64,000 nt of DNA from an uncultured bacterium (GCA_964476585.1 CAYZBF010000006.1:4429-68428); one strand, 5' to 3'. Shown: positions 45,116 through 55,616, counted from the first letter of the stretch. The notes: generated by a model not told the origin, from the sequence alone. A program made the numbers and translations.

Positions 45116-48039
45116 ACCAGCTTTTCGAGGAATGAGAAGAGCTCATCTCTCGGGACAAACACTGTAAGTTTTCCGTTATAAGAAAATTTGAGTCCACTGA
45201 TTTCCGTGATAAGTCTTCTGATTTTATCTTTTGAAAGCTCAATTTTAAATTCACATCTGTATTCGGTTATCCCCTCTCTCACTTTACTGATACCTGCCCT
45301 CTCTGCCAAAAGTCTGATACGTGCCCATCTGAGTATTCTAACTACGTTAGAGGGTAACCTACCAAAACGATCAGCAATTTCCTCTTCTATTTTACCTGCC
45401 TCATCTAAAGTCCTGGCAGATGAAATCTTTCTGTACAACGAAATCCTCTCCTCCTGATGTGGTACATAGTCAGTAGGAATATAAAAGGAGCCAAGAAGCG
45501 ATACCTCCACCTCGAAAGGTTTGCTCACTTCTTCCCCTTTAACCTCCATTATTGCCTCCTGAAGTAGTTTTAGATAAAGCTCATATCCAACTGTTGCTAT
45601 ATGTCCATGTTGTCTTGCTCCCAGTATCTCTCCTGCTCCTCGAATCTCAAGATCACTCATTGATATCTTAAATCCTGCACCCAGATCAGAGTAGGTCTTT
45701 ATAGCCGCAATTCTTTTCTCTGCATTCTGTGTAATATTTGAGCTAACAATCAGATAACAGTACCCCTGACGAATAGACCTCCCAACCCTTCCCCTTAATT
45801 GATGGAGATCCGCCAGACCAAAATTCTGTGCTCTGCCTATTATTATCGTATTCACATTTGGCATATCAAGTCCTGACTCAATTATCGCTGTAGATAATAG
45901 AAGATCATATTTGCCCTCGATAAATGCAGTCATTCGCTCCTCGAGAAGTTTTGACGGTAGCTGACCATGGCCAACCACAATACTGATTTCAGGGACTACA
46001 TTTTCCAGTTTCTCTTTGATTGCTTGAATGCTATTTATCCTGTTGTGGACAAAAAAGACCTGCCCGCCTCGTTCAATTTCTTTAAGTATTGCATCCCTTA
46101 TAACTCCTTCATCCCATTCCATAACCTCTGTTATTACACCTTTTCTGCCTTCAGGAGGACTCTCAATAAGTGAAAAATCGTTGATACCAAGTAAAGCAAA
46201 TTGAAGGGTCCGCGGGATTGGAGTCGCACTCATAGATAAGACATCGAGATTTACTCTCAATTTCTTAAGTTTGTCCTTCTGCTTAACCCCAAAACGCTGT
46301 TCCTCATCTACTATGAGAAGACCTAAGTCATTAAAGTCAATTGATTTTTTCAATAACTTATGAGTTCCAATCACAATGTCACACTCCCCTGATGACATCT
46401 TCCTTTTAATCTCTTTCTCTGCATCCTGCGTAAATCGAGAGAATAACTCCACATTCACAGGAAATCGCTCTAATCTGTCTTTGAATGTCCTGTAGTGCTG
46501 TGCTGCAAGGATTGTTGTTGGAGCAAGTAAAACTACCTGTTTTGAATCACTTGCAGCCTTAAATGCTGCTCGGAGGGAAACTTCGGTTTTCCCAAAGCCA
46601 ACCTCTCCACAGAGAAGACGATCCATTGGCTTAGTAGATTCCATATCCTCATAGACTTCCAGTATAGCCTCCATTTGATCCCCTGTCTCTACAAAAGGAA
46701 ATGATATTTCTAGTTCTCTCTGCAGGGATGTATTCTTACTAAAGGAATATCCCTTTCCAGACGCGCGCCGGGCGTATAAAGAAAGCATTGAGTTTGCCAA
46801 CTCCTTTAAATCCTCCTTCACTCTTTTCTTCTTTCTTTCCCACTTCTTCTTTGAAAGGCTTGAGAGAGGAGGTTCCTTCTCACCCCCGGATATATATTGC
46901 GTAACCAGATAGGCCTTCTCCAAAGGAACAAGAACCCTGCTTTCATCCATATATTCGATTGCAATACAATCTATCATTCTTCTATCAATCTCTACTCTTT
47001 CGAGCCCCTGAAAACGACCTACACCAAAATCCTCATGAACCACATAATCCCCTCTACTGAATACTATCTCTTCCATAGCCCTCAGTTTTTTCCTGGTTTC
47101 TTCCCGTCTAACTCGAAGTAGTCCGAAAATATCAGCCTCTGTAAAAAGAGCTATCTGTAACTCATCAATTATGAACCCTTTAGAAAGAAAGCCTTTGATG
47201 TAATTAATGTTTGGAATTTCATCGCTAAAGAGTCCCTTTAATCTTTCTATCTCTCCAGGGGTGTCAACAACGACAAATAAGGTGTATTTTTCATAAGCCT
47301 CCATATCTTTTCTGAAAAGGTTTAGATCGCGGTGATAAGAAGTGGCTGGAATAAACTTCAGTGAATCACCAACTGGCTCAAACCGAACGTCCGGCTTAAA
47401 CCCAGAAATTTCTGCTCCAATTTTAAAGAATTTGCTTAAAGCATCTTTTACGGGAATATAATCTTGGGTCCCAATTAAAAGATTTATCTTTTCAATTCTA
47501 TTTGTTGATAACTGTGAATATGTATCAAAATAACGCAGAGAATCTATTCTCTCATCCTCCAGTTCAATACGCAATGGGGCATCACAATTTGTTGCCCAGA
47601 GGTCAATGATACCGCCCCTTATTACATACTCACCCTTTTCATAAACGCGGCTCTTCTGAATCAGACCACCCTCCTCAAGGCGATATAGGAATTCTTCTCG
47701 CGGTAATTTACCCCCTATTTTAAGCCTGATATATTCCTGCTCTGGAACCTCTAAATCCAGAGTTTTCTCATTTAAAACTAATAGATCAAAACTCTCAGAA
47801 GTTAAAGCGCTAGCACCCTCGTTCAGGGTTTCTTCGGACAGTAGATATACACGATCAAAAAAGAATCTCGCGTCGCGCACCACCTTTAGTGAGTCCTCAT
47901 GGGTTAAGAGTATAAGGGGGGCACGCTCCTTTAAGCCATAAGAAATAAGATGTTCACCTGGATAAAGAGGACGCATTAAGGTCTTCTTATCTCCTACTTT
48001 ATTTTTAAGATATTTGTATAATTCTTCTTTTAGATTCAC
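45106..48039 (-). CDS. mfd: Transcription-repair coupling factor
   Basis: VVHEDFGVG (CarD/TRCF-RID), CGEVGFGKTEV, VDEEQRFG, SATPIPRTL, QLRGRVGR, C-terminal TRCF domain; shortened N-terminus. Confidence 0.95.
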   Translation of the reverse strand: MNLKEELYKYLKNKVGDKKTLMRPLYPGEHLISYGLKERAPLILLTHEDSLKVVRDARFFFDRVYLLSEETLNEGASALTSESFDLLVLNEKTLDLEVPEQEYIRLKIGGKLPREEFLYRLEEGGLIQKSRVYEKGEYVIRGGIIDLWATNCDAPLRIELEDERIDSLRYFDTYSQLSTNRIEKINLLIGTQDYIPVKDALSKFFKIGAEISGFKPDVRFEPVGDSLKFIPATSYHRDLNLFRKDMEAYEKYTLFVVVDTPGEIERLKGLFSDEIPNINYIKGFLSKGFIIDELQIALFTEADIFGLLRVRREETRKKLRAMEEIVFSRGDYVVHEDFGVGRFQGLERVEIDRRMIDCIAIEYMDESRVLVPLEKAYLVTQYISGGEKEPPLSSLSKKKWERKKKRVKEDLKELANSMLSLYARRASGKGYSFSKNTSLQRELEISFPFVETGDQMEAILEVYEDMESTKPMDRLLCGEVGFGKTEVSLRAAFKAASDSKQVVLLAPTTILAAQHYRTFKDRLERFPVNVELFSRFTQDAEKEIKRKMSSGECDIVIGTHKLLKKSIDFNDLGLLIVDEEQRFGVKQKDKLKKLRVNLDVLSMSATPIPRTLQFALLGINDFSLIESPPEGRKGVITEVMEWDEGVIRDAILKEIERGGQVFFVHNRINSIQAIKEKLENVVPEISIVVGHGQLPSKLLEERMTAFIEGKYDLLLSTAIIESGLDMPNVNTIIIGRAQNFGLADLHQLRGRVGRSIRQGYCYLIVSSNITQNAEKRIAAIKTYSDLGAGFKISMSDLEIRGAGEILGARQHGHIATVGYELYLKLLQEAIMEVKGEEVSKPFEVEVSLLGSFYIPTDYVPHQEERISLYRKISSARTLDEAGKIEEEIADRFGRLPSNVVRILRWARIRLLAERAGISKVREGITEYRCEFKIELSKDKIRRLITEISGLKFSYNGKLTVFVPRDELFSFLEKLVSL

Positions 48040-48620
48040 AGAGACAGGCCCATAAAGCCTGAGAAACCAAGAAAGGCGAGTGCCATAAGAGCTGCTGTTA
48101 TAAAAGATATCGGAAGGCCTTTTAAAGCCTTTGGTATGGGAGCATTCTCTAGCCTCTCCCGAATCCCTGCCATAAGAACAAGAGCAATTAGAAACCCTAA
48201 TGCACTGCTTACCGCAAATACTACACTGGATAATAATCCAAAGTGACTATCTATGTTCAGAAAAGCAACGCCAAGGATAGCACAGTTCGTAGTTATTAAA
48301 GGAAGGAATATCCCCAATGCTGAATATAGTCCAGGAATCTGCTTTTTGAAAAATAGCTCCAGAAATTGAACCAGTGAAGCAATCACAAGAATAAATACAA
48401 CTGTTCTAAGATAGAGGAGATCAAGAGGAAGGAGAATATACTGATATAAAAACCAGGTTATTATTGTCGACAGAGTCATGACAAAGATAACACTCATACC
48501 CATACCAATAGCCGTCTCAATTTTTGCTGAGACTCCAAAGAAAGGACAAAGACCCAGGAATCTCATGAGGACTATATTATTCACAAGGAAAGCCGACAAG
48601 AATAGCAAAAATAAATTCAT
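48036..48620 (-). CDS. rnfA: Rnf complex subunit A
   Basis: NNIVLMRFLGLCPF, LPLITTNCAILG, AGIRERL. Confidence 0.93.
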   Translation of the reverse strand: MNLFLLFLSAFLVNNIVLMRFLGLCPFFGVSAKIETAIGMGMSVIFVMTLSTIITWFLYQYILLPLDLLYLRTVVFILVIASLVQFLELFFKKQIPGLYSALGIFLPLITTNCAILGVAFLNIDSHFGLLSSVVFAVSSALGFLIALVLMAGIRERLENAPIPKALKGLPISFITAALMALAFLGFSGFMGLSL

Positions 48621-49229
48621 TTACTTCTTCCCAAAATGATTATATAAACCCATTAGAAGAGCAATTGCTAAGAATCCGCCAGGAGGTAAAATCATAAGGA
48701 GCACGGATGAATTCGTGAAAGCCTCCCCAAACACTTTAAAGCCAGGAAACACTCCAGGAATCGAAAGCCAGATGCCCTGTCCCAGTATCTCTCTTATTGT
48801 TCCCATAATAAAAAGAATAATTGCAAATCCAAGACCGATACCTAAACCATCCATAATGGCGTAATGTGGTGGATGTTTATAGGCATAACCTTCCGCTCTT
48901 CCAAGGATTCCACAGTTTACAACAATGAGCGGGACAAAGATGCCTAATTGCCTGGAGAGAGGAGGAACATACGCTTTTAGCATATAATCAACCATAGTAA
49001 CAAAGGTTGATATGATCACTATGAATATAGGAATACGAAGATTTCTTGGAATGAGATTTCGTAACAATGAAATGAGTAAGTTGGAAAAAGTAAGAACGAA
49101 TATAACTGCCAGACCCATACCAAGAGCGTTATATGCAGAGGTACTTACTGCGAGGGTCGGACAAAGCCCTATCGCAAGAACGAGAACCATATTATTTTTG
49201 ATTATACCATCAATAAAAACACGCTTCAT
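48621..49229 (-). CDS. rnfE: Rnf complex subunit E
   Basis: LAIGLCPTLAVS, PLIVVNCGILGRAE, ILPPGGF. Confidence 0.93.
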   Translation of the reverse strand: MKRVFIDGIIKNNMVLVLAIGLCPTLAVSTSAYNALGMGLAVIFVLTFSNLLISLLRNLIPRNLRIPIFIVIISTFVTMVDYMLKAYVPPLSRQLGIFVPLIVVNCGILGRAEGYAYKHPPHYAIMDGLGIGLGFAIILFIMGTIREILGQGIWLSIPGVFPGFKVFGEAFTNSSVLLMILPPGGFLAIALLMGLYNHFGKK

Positions 49230-50164
49230 TACTTTCTCTCTTTTATCAACTCTTCATATCCCAATTTGATAGCTTCCTTCACAGCCTCTGAAGTTACAGT
49301 AGCACCGCTCAATGCATCAAGCTTATCTATATCCCCGATATAGACATTTCCAAACCTATTTTCAAACTCAGGGCTGGAAACCCTTGTGACATAGCCTGGT
49401 GTTTCCTCTATACCCTCCTCTGGACGTTGTATGTGAATACCGAGAACCGTATCTTTATGAATGGAAACAACCACCCCAACCTTGGAAATAAAACCCTTTT
49501 TATATGATAGATAAACAAATCTATCTTTACCCTTCCAGAGTTTATCTTTTACTACTTCCTCAACTTCTTCCATACCAGAAAGTCGGATTACATCATCACT
49601 ATACCATTTACTCTCTCCATGTCCTCCAGTAGAAAGGTAATCTTCGAATTCTTTAAGTCCTTCTCTTACTGCTGCGGTGGCTGCCCGGGAGGATATTGTC
49701 GCAGCAGTTACTCCATCAATCTTTCCGTTCTCATTATCGCATCTCAGCCATATTTCATCTTCAGTAAGGCCACTGAACTGTTGCCCGAACCAAGCTTCTG
49801 TTACTTTCATTCCAAGACCTGGGGTTTCAGAAAGTCCCTCTTTTGGTATCAATATTTTTATAATCTTTCCCGTGGAATCTACACCTACAATGGGTCTTAT
49901 AATGCTGGAGTAACCCCTTTTGCCATAACGAAATACTATACCCACATATCTATTTCCTTCGCTAACCCTCCAGAGCGTATCATATTTAACGGTCTTGAAA
50001 TGTACTTCTGAATCAGGGAAAACCTTGCGTAAGGACGAATTTAATTCTTTGCTGGAATATTCCAGAATGACCGGTTTAGTCTCCTTATATACAAAAGAAA
50101 GAAGAAAAGCTGAGATGATAGCAACTATAAAAAGCACTGATACCTGCCTGGCTTTACTCTTCAT
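49229..50164 (-). CDS. rnfG: Rnf complex subunit G with two tandem FMN-binding domains
   Basis: TM anchor; ETPGLG...DGVTAATISS and a second ETPGY...DALSGATVTS; start at MKSKARQ. Confidence 0.85.
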   Translation of the reverse strand: MKSKARQVSVLFIVAIISAFLLSFVYKETKPVILEYSSKELNSSLRKVFPDSEVHFKTVKYDTLWRVSEGNRYVGIVFRYGKRGYSSIIRPIVGVDSTGKIIKILIPKEGLSETPGLGMKVTEAWFGQQFSGLTEDEIWLRCDNENGKIDGVTAATISSRAATAAVREGLKEFEDYLSTGGHGESKWYSDDVIRLSGMEEVEEVVKDKLWKGKDRFVYLSYKKGFISKVGVVVSIHKDTVLGIHIQRPEEGIEETPGYVTRVSSPEFENRFGNVYIGDIDKLDALSGATVTSEAVKEAIKLGYEELIKERK

Positions 50165-50165
50165 G

Positions 50166-51140
50166 CTACCTCCCGTATATCCTCGGATGGAGACGATCAA
50201 GTAGAGGGACAAACATATTCATTATCAATATAGAATAGGAAACACCCTCAGGATAACCAGCCCATAGCCTGAGAATTATACATAGAATACCCCCCCCAAT
50301 TCCAAAAATCCATCTCCCCTTCAGTGTAACAGGGGAAGTAACCATATCCGTTGCCATAAATAATCCACCCAACATAACACCACCGCTTAAGATATGGAAG
50401 AGTGGATTAACAGGGGTTACGCCCAATAAGTATAAAATCCCCGAAAAAATGAAAACGGAACCGATATAGGAAATTGATATCCTCCAGTCTGCATATCCAA
50501 AAAAGAAGAGGAATAAAGCTCCAATAAGCAAAAGAAGCGCCGAAGTTTCCCCAAGACATCCTCCGGTATTACCAATAAATAATGTTTTTAGCATCGTGGA
50601 AGAATTCAATGATTGTATCACACCCTCGGGAGGACTTATGGCTAACAGTGAAAGAGGAGTAGCTTGTGTTACACCATCCAGAACCGAAATTCCTGACAAA
50701 GTTCCACTTATAGGTGGTGTCCAGTTCCCTGTCATAAGAAAAGGCCAGGAGGCAACAAGGAAAGCTCGCCCTGCAAGTGCCGGGTTAAAAATGTTATATC
50801 CCAATCCTCCAAAAAGTTGTTTTACTACAAATATTGCAAAGAAACTCCCTGCCACAGGCAACCACCACGGAGAATTCACAGGAATATTAAATGCAATGAG
50901 AATCCCAGTGATTATTGCACTACCATCAAGGCATCTTATCTCCCTATGGGTAACACGCTGAAAGACACATTCTGTAATTAATGCGCTTAGAACAGAAAGA
51001 GAAGTAAGAAATAACGCTCTCCATCCGAAGAAATAAATCGAACCTATTAGAGCCGGTACTAACGCAGCAACAACTCCATACATTATCTTATTAACGTTTT
51101 TAGATGAACTAATATGGGGTGCGGGTGATAATTGTAACAT
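50166..51140 (-). CDS. rnfD: Rnf complex subunit D
   Basis: SPAPH, GGLGYNIFNPAL, DGVTQATPL, GCLGETS, FMATDMVTSP. Confidence 0.93.
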   Translation of the reverse strand: MLQLSPAPHISSSKNVNKIMYGVVAALVPALIGSIYFFGWRALFLTSLSVLSALITECVFQRVTHREIRCLDGSAIITGILIAFNIPVNSPWWLPVAGSFFAIFVVKQLFGGLGYNIFNPALAGRAFLVASWPFLMTGNWTPPISGTLSGISVLDGVTQATPLSLLAISPPEGVIQSLNSSTMLKTLFIGNTGGCLGETSALLLLIGALFLFFFGYADWRISISYIGSVFIFSGILYLLGVTPVNPLFHILSGGVMLGGLFMATDMVTSPVTLKGRWIFGIGGGILCIILRLWAGYPEGVSYSILIMNMFVPLLDRLHPRIYGR

Positions 51141-52450
51141 TATTTCTTCTCTTTCATTATCTCTGCTTTAGCGTATTTGAACTGCTGGACTAAAGGAATA
51201 TTAGAAGGACAGACATACCCACAACCCCCACATTCAATACAGGAAAGAACACCAAGTTCTTCTGCTTTCTCAAAGTCTTCCATATCAATGAACTTATATA
51301 TCTCTGTCGGCATAAGGCACATAGGGCATACATCAACACAGGATGCACACCTTATGCAGGGAGACGCTTTCCTTTCGAACACCTCTTTGGCATTCTGAAC
51401 CAGGATACCACTTGTTCCTTTAATCACAGGAACCTCTGGATAAATCTGAGCAATCCCCATCATGGGACCCCCATTTATTATCATCTTCTCGCCACCAATT
51501 ACACCACCGGCCACCTCAATCAGATATTCGAAGGGAGTTCCGATTGGAACAAGAAAATTGGAAGGGGCTCTAACTGGACCTGTAACTGTTACTACCCTTT
51601 CATATAAAGGTTTGGAATAACGCACTGCCTCATAGATAGCAACCGCTGTTCCAACATTCTGGACATAAGCTCCCACATCGAACGGCAAACCACCCTCAGG
51701 AACCTCATTCCCTGTTATAGACTGAATAAGCTGTTTCTCAGAACCCTGGGGATACTTGGTGGCGTGGACAACAATATTCATCCATGGATAAGAGGAAGAA
51801 AATTCCTTCATTTTATCAACAGTATCTATCTTGTTAGATTCAACAGCAATCCATACCCTTTTAGGATTTAAGACCCTTCTTAAAATATCTGTCCCTTTAA
51901 GAATGTCCTCTGTCCTTTCTAACATCAGACGATGATCAGCAGTTAGATATGGCTCACATTCTGCACCATTTATTATGAGGTCAGTTATTTTTTTTCCGGG
52001 AGGCACTTTCATCTTGAAGAATGTGGGGAATGCTGCCCCACCCATACCCACTATCCCAGCTTCCTTAACAATTTCAATTATATCTTCCGCTGAAAATGAC
52101 TCCGGGTCCCTCTCCTTACCTTCCCACTCGGTTGTCTTCTCAGTATCTACCTTTATTTTCATAGCAGGCTTTCTACCTCCAAGGGGATGAGGCCAGCTTA
52201 CAACACCCATAAATACACCCGCCACGGAGGAATGTAATGGAACAGAAAGTTTCCCACCACTTTCAGCAATCTTCATACCCACCTCTACCTCATCCTTCTT
52301 CTCTATTATAGGCTTTGAAGAAGCACCCGTATGCTGAGATAGGGGAAGATACACAAATTCTGGCAGTTCGATCCTTTTTATCAGCAAGTATTTCGCAAGT
52401 TCCTTTTTATCCCTCGGATGAACTCCACCTTTAAAGGTTAGAAGTTTCAA
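51140..52450 (-). CDS. rnfC: Rnf complex subunit C
   Basis: TFKGGVHP, GIVGMGGAAFPT, NGAECEPY, YPQGSEKQL, CIRCASCVDVCP and CIECGGCGYVCP; TTG start at 52450. Confidence 0.93.
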   Translation of the reverse strand: MKLLTFKGGVHPRDKKELAKYLLIKRIELPEFVYLPLSQHTGASSKPIIEKKDEVEVGMKIAESGGKLSVPLHSSVAGVFMGVVSWPHPLGGRKPAMKIKVDTEKTTEWEGKERDPESFSAEDIIEIVKEAGIVGMGGAAFPTFFKMKVPPGKKITDLIINGAECEPYLTADHRLMLERTEDILKGTDILRRVLNPKRVWIAVESNKIDTVDKMKEFSSSYPWMNIVVHATKYPQGSEKQLIQSITGNEVPEGGLPFDVGAYVQNVGTAVAIYEAVRYSKPLYERVVTVTGPVRAPSNFLVPIGTPFEYLIEVAGGVIGGEKMIINGGPMMGIAQIYPEVPVIKGTSGILVQNAKEVFERKASPCIRCASCVDVCPMCLMPTEIYKFIDMEDFEKAEELGVLSCIECGGCGYVCPSNIPLVQQFKYAKAEIMKEKK

Positions 52451-53306
52451 GGCTAATTTCCATTGATGTTGACTTAACAGATGTTTTACTACCAATAAAT
52501 CCAAGTATTAACCCGAATACTAACATTCCGACAAATATAGGACTGGTTGGGAAATAAAACGGGACAAAGAACCTTGTGATAAGTAAATAAATTAGATAAA
52601 GCAGACCTGCACTTATAGCCCCTGCAATCCCACCTTCTATCAAACCCGCTAATACAAATGGGGCTTGAATGGTGCGTTCATTAGCCCCTACAAGTTTCAT
52701 AACCTCGATTGTTTGTTTTCTCGCAAGAACTGTAAGCCTTATTGTGTTAGCTACCACGAACACCGAGGCAAAACTAATCACAATTCCAAGAAGAACGTCA
52801 AAAACAAAGAGAATCTTTACCACACGATCCAATCTCTTTATCCATGACTCTCCGTATTCTACAGTTTCAATCTCACTAAAAATGCCTACCTTCAAAGCCA
52901 CTTCTTCAACCTTCCCGGGAGTAGTAAAAGCATCCTTTAACTTTATCTTAAAAGAAGGAGGAAGAGGATTGGTTTTTAGTGCTTCAATTAGGCTTGTTGC
53001 ATTAGGCATTTCTTTCTTAAACTCCTCAAGAGCTTTTTCTTTGCTCACATATTCCACCGATTCCACACCCACCATGGTTTTGATTTTACTCGAAAGTTCA
53101 TCTACTAATTTATCTGATAAATCCTCTTTTAGGAAGGCATTGAGTTCCACTTTTTCTCTTGCCACTTTTATTATCCCAAAAATATTAAATGTCCCCACCA
53201 GAAACAGTCCGAAGAGAAAAAGAGAAAAGAAAATAATATTTATTGCTATAAAGGTCATAACTCCATTGCGCCGTAATCCAATCAAGGCTTCCCTGATTAT
53301 AAACAT
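52431..53306 (-). CDS. ftsX: Cell division permease FtsX
   Basis: VSKEKALEEF, NPLPPSF, NTIRLTV.AR...IEVMKLVGA. Confidence 0.9.
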   Translation of the reverse strand: MFIIREALIGLRRNGVMTFIAINIIFFSLFLFGLFLVGTFNIFGIIKVAREKVELNAFLKEDLSDKLVDELSSKIKTMVGVESVEYVSKEKALEEFKKEMPNATSLIEALKTNPLPPSFKIKLKDAFTTPGKVEEVALKVGIFSEIETVEYGESWIKRLDRVVKILFVFDVLLGIVISFASVFVVANTIRLTVLARKQTIEVMKLVGANERTIQAPFVLAGLIEGGIAGAISAGLLYLIYLLITRFFVPFYFPTSPIFVGMLVFGLILGFIGSKTSVKSTSMEISLETSNL

Positions 53307-53307
53307 A

Positions 53308-53964
53308 CTACCACTCTACCATCCGTCCTTCTTCAAGTCGAACCATATTACCACCCAATTTCCTCGTAAGATAGATATCATGGGTTGCCATAAGAACAGC
53401 AGTTCCAGACGTATTTATTTCCTGGAGGATCTTGATTATGTCTCCGGAGGCTTCAGGGTCGATATTCCCTGTAGGTTCATCTGCAAGGAGAATAAATGGT
53501 TCACGGACCAGAGCTCTCGCGATCGCAGCCTTCTGTTGTTCTCCTCCTGAAATCCTGTAAGGAAACTCATTTCTTTTATGGGAGAGTCCCACAAGAGCAA
53601 GTGCCTTCATAACTTTTTCTTTCATCTTCCTCCCTGAGCTCCCTGTAACCTCAAGAGCAAAGGCGACATTTTCATAAACAGTTTTGTCTTGAAGCAATTT
53701 AAAATCTTGAAAGATGATACCAATCCGCTGGCGGAGCAGCGGAATCTCATGTCTCTTTATTGTCGAAGACAAAAAACCTGCAACAGCAACTTCTCCTTTA
53801 TCAGGAAATATATCCATGTATATAAGCCGAATGAGGGTGCTCTTACCTGACCCGGTGGGGCCTGTGAGAAAAAGAAAATCCCCTTTATTTATACTCAGGT
53901 TGATATCCTTTAGGGCATACCAACCTTTTTTAAATGATTTACTCACATTTCTTATCTCAACCAT
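53308..53964 (-). CDS. ftsE: Cell division ATP-binding protein FtsE
   Basis: GPTGSGKST, IFQDFKLL, ISGGEQQ, ADEPTGNIDP, MATHD. Confidence 0.93.
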   Translation of the reverse strand: MVEIRNVSKSFKKGWYALKDINLSINKGDFLFLTGPTGSGKSTLIRLIYMDIFPDKGEVAVAGFLSSTIKRHEIPLLRQRIGIIFQDFKLLQDKTVYENVAFALEVTGSSGRKMKEKVMKALALVGLSHKRNEFPYRISGGEQQKAAIARALVREPFILLADEPTGNIDPEASGDIIKILQEINTSGTAVLMATHDIYLTRKLGGNMVRLEEGRMVEW

Positions 53965-54019
53965 GTGAAACTATGGTTAGAAAATATACGAACTATTTGT
54001 GTTTGTCAAGGTTGTTTTG

Positions 54020-54092
54020 AGACGGAAGAGAGGAGACGGGGATTGGGTTTGTTCAACAATTCAACTATTCTATGGTCTCCTGTCTCGGTCAG
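54020..54092. repeat. Inverted 7-nt arrays with an internal 8-mer pair
   Basis: GACGGAA GAGAGGA GACGGGG versus GGTCTCC TGTCTCG GTC; TTCAACAA TTCAACTA between them. Confidence 0.55.
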
Positions 54093-54108
54093 TTTATTCG
54101 TAAACTCT

Positions 54109-55299
54109 TCAAAGCAGAAAAATAGCTGACAGGGAAGCGATAACGAGTGAGATAACCACAGGTAAAAACATTGCTTTCATAAAATCTTTAAAAGACGTCT
54201 TGAAGAATGCTATTGACACTGATACACAGGGATGAACCGGAGAAATCATATAGCCCATAAAGACAGAGAAGAACATAATGGCAAAAGCTCCTGGACTCAT
54301 AGAATCTAGTCCATATCTCGAATAATAGATGGGTAAAAGGATTGAAACAGGGAGTTGTACCCTGCCGGTCACAAAAGCCAGGAAAGCTCCTATACCTACA
54401 AGTAAAAAGGCTGGAGAAAAGGCTATTACAGCAATAATAGAAGATATATCGGATGCTTTGAAGATATTAAGAAAAAGAAACATACCAAATATTATTAATG
54501 TATAGTTCCAGGGTTTCATATTCTTTACAACCTTAAGGAATTCCCTTCTAGATAAATGAGATGATATAAAGGAGACCACTAAACTCACGGATACACCTAA
54601 AACGAGCGGGATCTCTCCAATGCTAAACACCCTCATTAATGAAAAATGTATAATAGGGGCAAGCATAATAATACCGAGAGGAACAAGCAGACCCTTTATC
54701 TCAAACTTTCCTGTATAATCAATACTCCCTTTTACACCTCGAATCATGAAGAAATATCCAATAATAGAAATAACAAAAAAATATGGGAGCAGATACAAAA
54801 TCTCTCCATATAGATTAAGCCCTGCCATTTTTGTCGTTGCAAGCAATGCCCCAAGTGGATATATGAATATCAAAAGATGTCTGAACCATATATTAATGGC
54901 AACCTTGACTTCTGCCTTAATATCTTTACCTGCTCTTTCCACCATCGGGGCGGAAAGAAGTGCCCCTCCAGGCATAGGTAACATACCAAATAGAGCAGGG
55001 GATAACATTAGAAAACCCTTCCTGCCAACACGTAGATTCTGAACCAGCCACTCCATTAAATGAGATCCTTCCATAATCCCTCCGATTAGAGGGATAAGAC
55101 CAACAGATAATGCAAGCAATAGTATGGACGGGTCGCCCAAAGTTTCAAATATCACATGAGCAATATTCTTAAAGGGAAGATTGAAGAGTCCCAGAACAAA
55201 GGCACCGACCATCAATCCAAGCCAGATATTCTTCCTGGCTATAAAGATGAGAAGGGTAAGAGAAAATAGAAAGCCAAGCCAGATGATTATATTACTCAT
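54109..55299 (-). CDS. DUF401-like membrane transporter
   Basis: GMLPMPGGALLSAP, NIWFRH, SPVHPC; about 11 TM segments; start at MSNIIIW. Confidence 0.8.
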   Translation of the reverse strand: MSNIIIWLGFLFSLTLLIFIARKNIWLGLMVGAFVLGLFNLPFKNIAHVIFETLGDPSILLLALSVGLIPLIGGIMEGSHLMEWLVQNLRVGRKGFLMLSPALFGMLPMPGGALLSAPMVERAGKDIKAEVKVAINIWFRHLLIFIYPLGALLATTKMAGLNLYGEILYLLPYFFVISIIGYFFMIRGVKGSIDYTGKFEIKGLLVPLGIIMLAPIIHFSLMRVFSIGEIPLVLGVSVSLVVSFISSHLSRREFLKVVKNMKPWNYTLIIFGMFLFLNIFKASDISSIIAVIAFSPAFLLVGIGAFLAFVTGRVQLPVSILLPIYYSRYGLDSMSPGAFAIMFFSVFMGYMISPVHPCVSVSIAFFKTSFKDFMKAMFLPVVISLVIASLSAIFLL

Positions 55300-55409
55300 G
55301 TCACCCTTGATTTTACTTTTATTTTGGCTATCAACATGTTCAGAGTTTACTGACTCGTTCAGGATTGTCAAGACTTTTAGGTTAGACAGTCGGTCAGTAC
55401 ACAAATCCC

Positions 55410-55595
55410 TATTTAACTATTTGACTCATCAACTACTTAACTTATTTGTCCTGTGCTCTTATACAATCTGGGCAAATATTTCCTTGACTACATAACAAAA
55501 TCCCATAAGATTATAGGTGTAAGTAATGGCCACAGAGGCATGAAACCCACCAGCAGAGGACACAGAGATAAAAAGAACTCTGTGCCTCCGTGGCC
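55410..55595. repeat. 8-nt array and inverted CACAGAG-type repeats
   Basis: ATTTAACT ATTTGACT CATCAACT ACTTAACT (about 55411-55442); CACAGAGG...CAGAGGACACAGAG versus CTCTGTGCCTCCGTGG (about 55530-55593). Confidence 0.55.
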
Positions 55596-55616
55596 AAAAA
55601 TAAAAAGGAGGTAGAG

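Noticed and set aside
52669-53550. 293-aa antisense ORF, and the many other shadow ORFs opposite recognised genes
   Set aside because: They lie entirely antisense to or out of frame within well-conserved genes (here ftsX/ftsE) and have Ser/Phe/Ile-rich shadow composition.
55300-55404. N-terminal 35-aa extension of the DUF401 ORF
   Set aside because: It runs into repeat-rich intergenic DNA; the hydrophobic protein starts naturally at MSNIIIW (55299).
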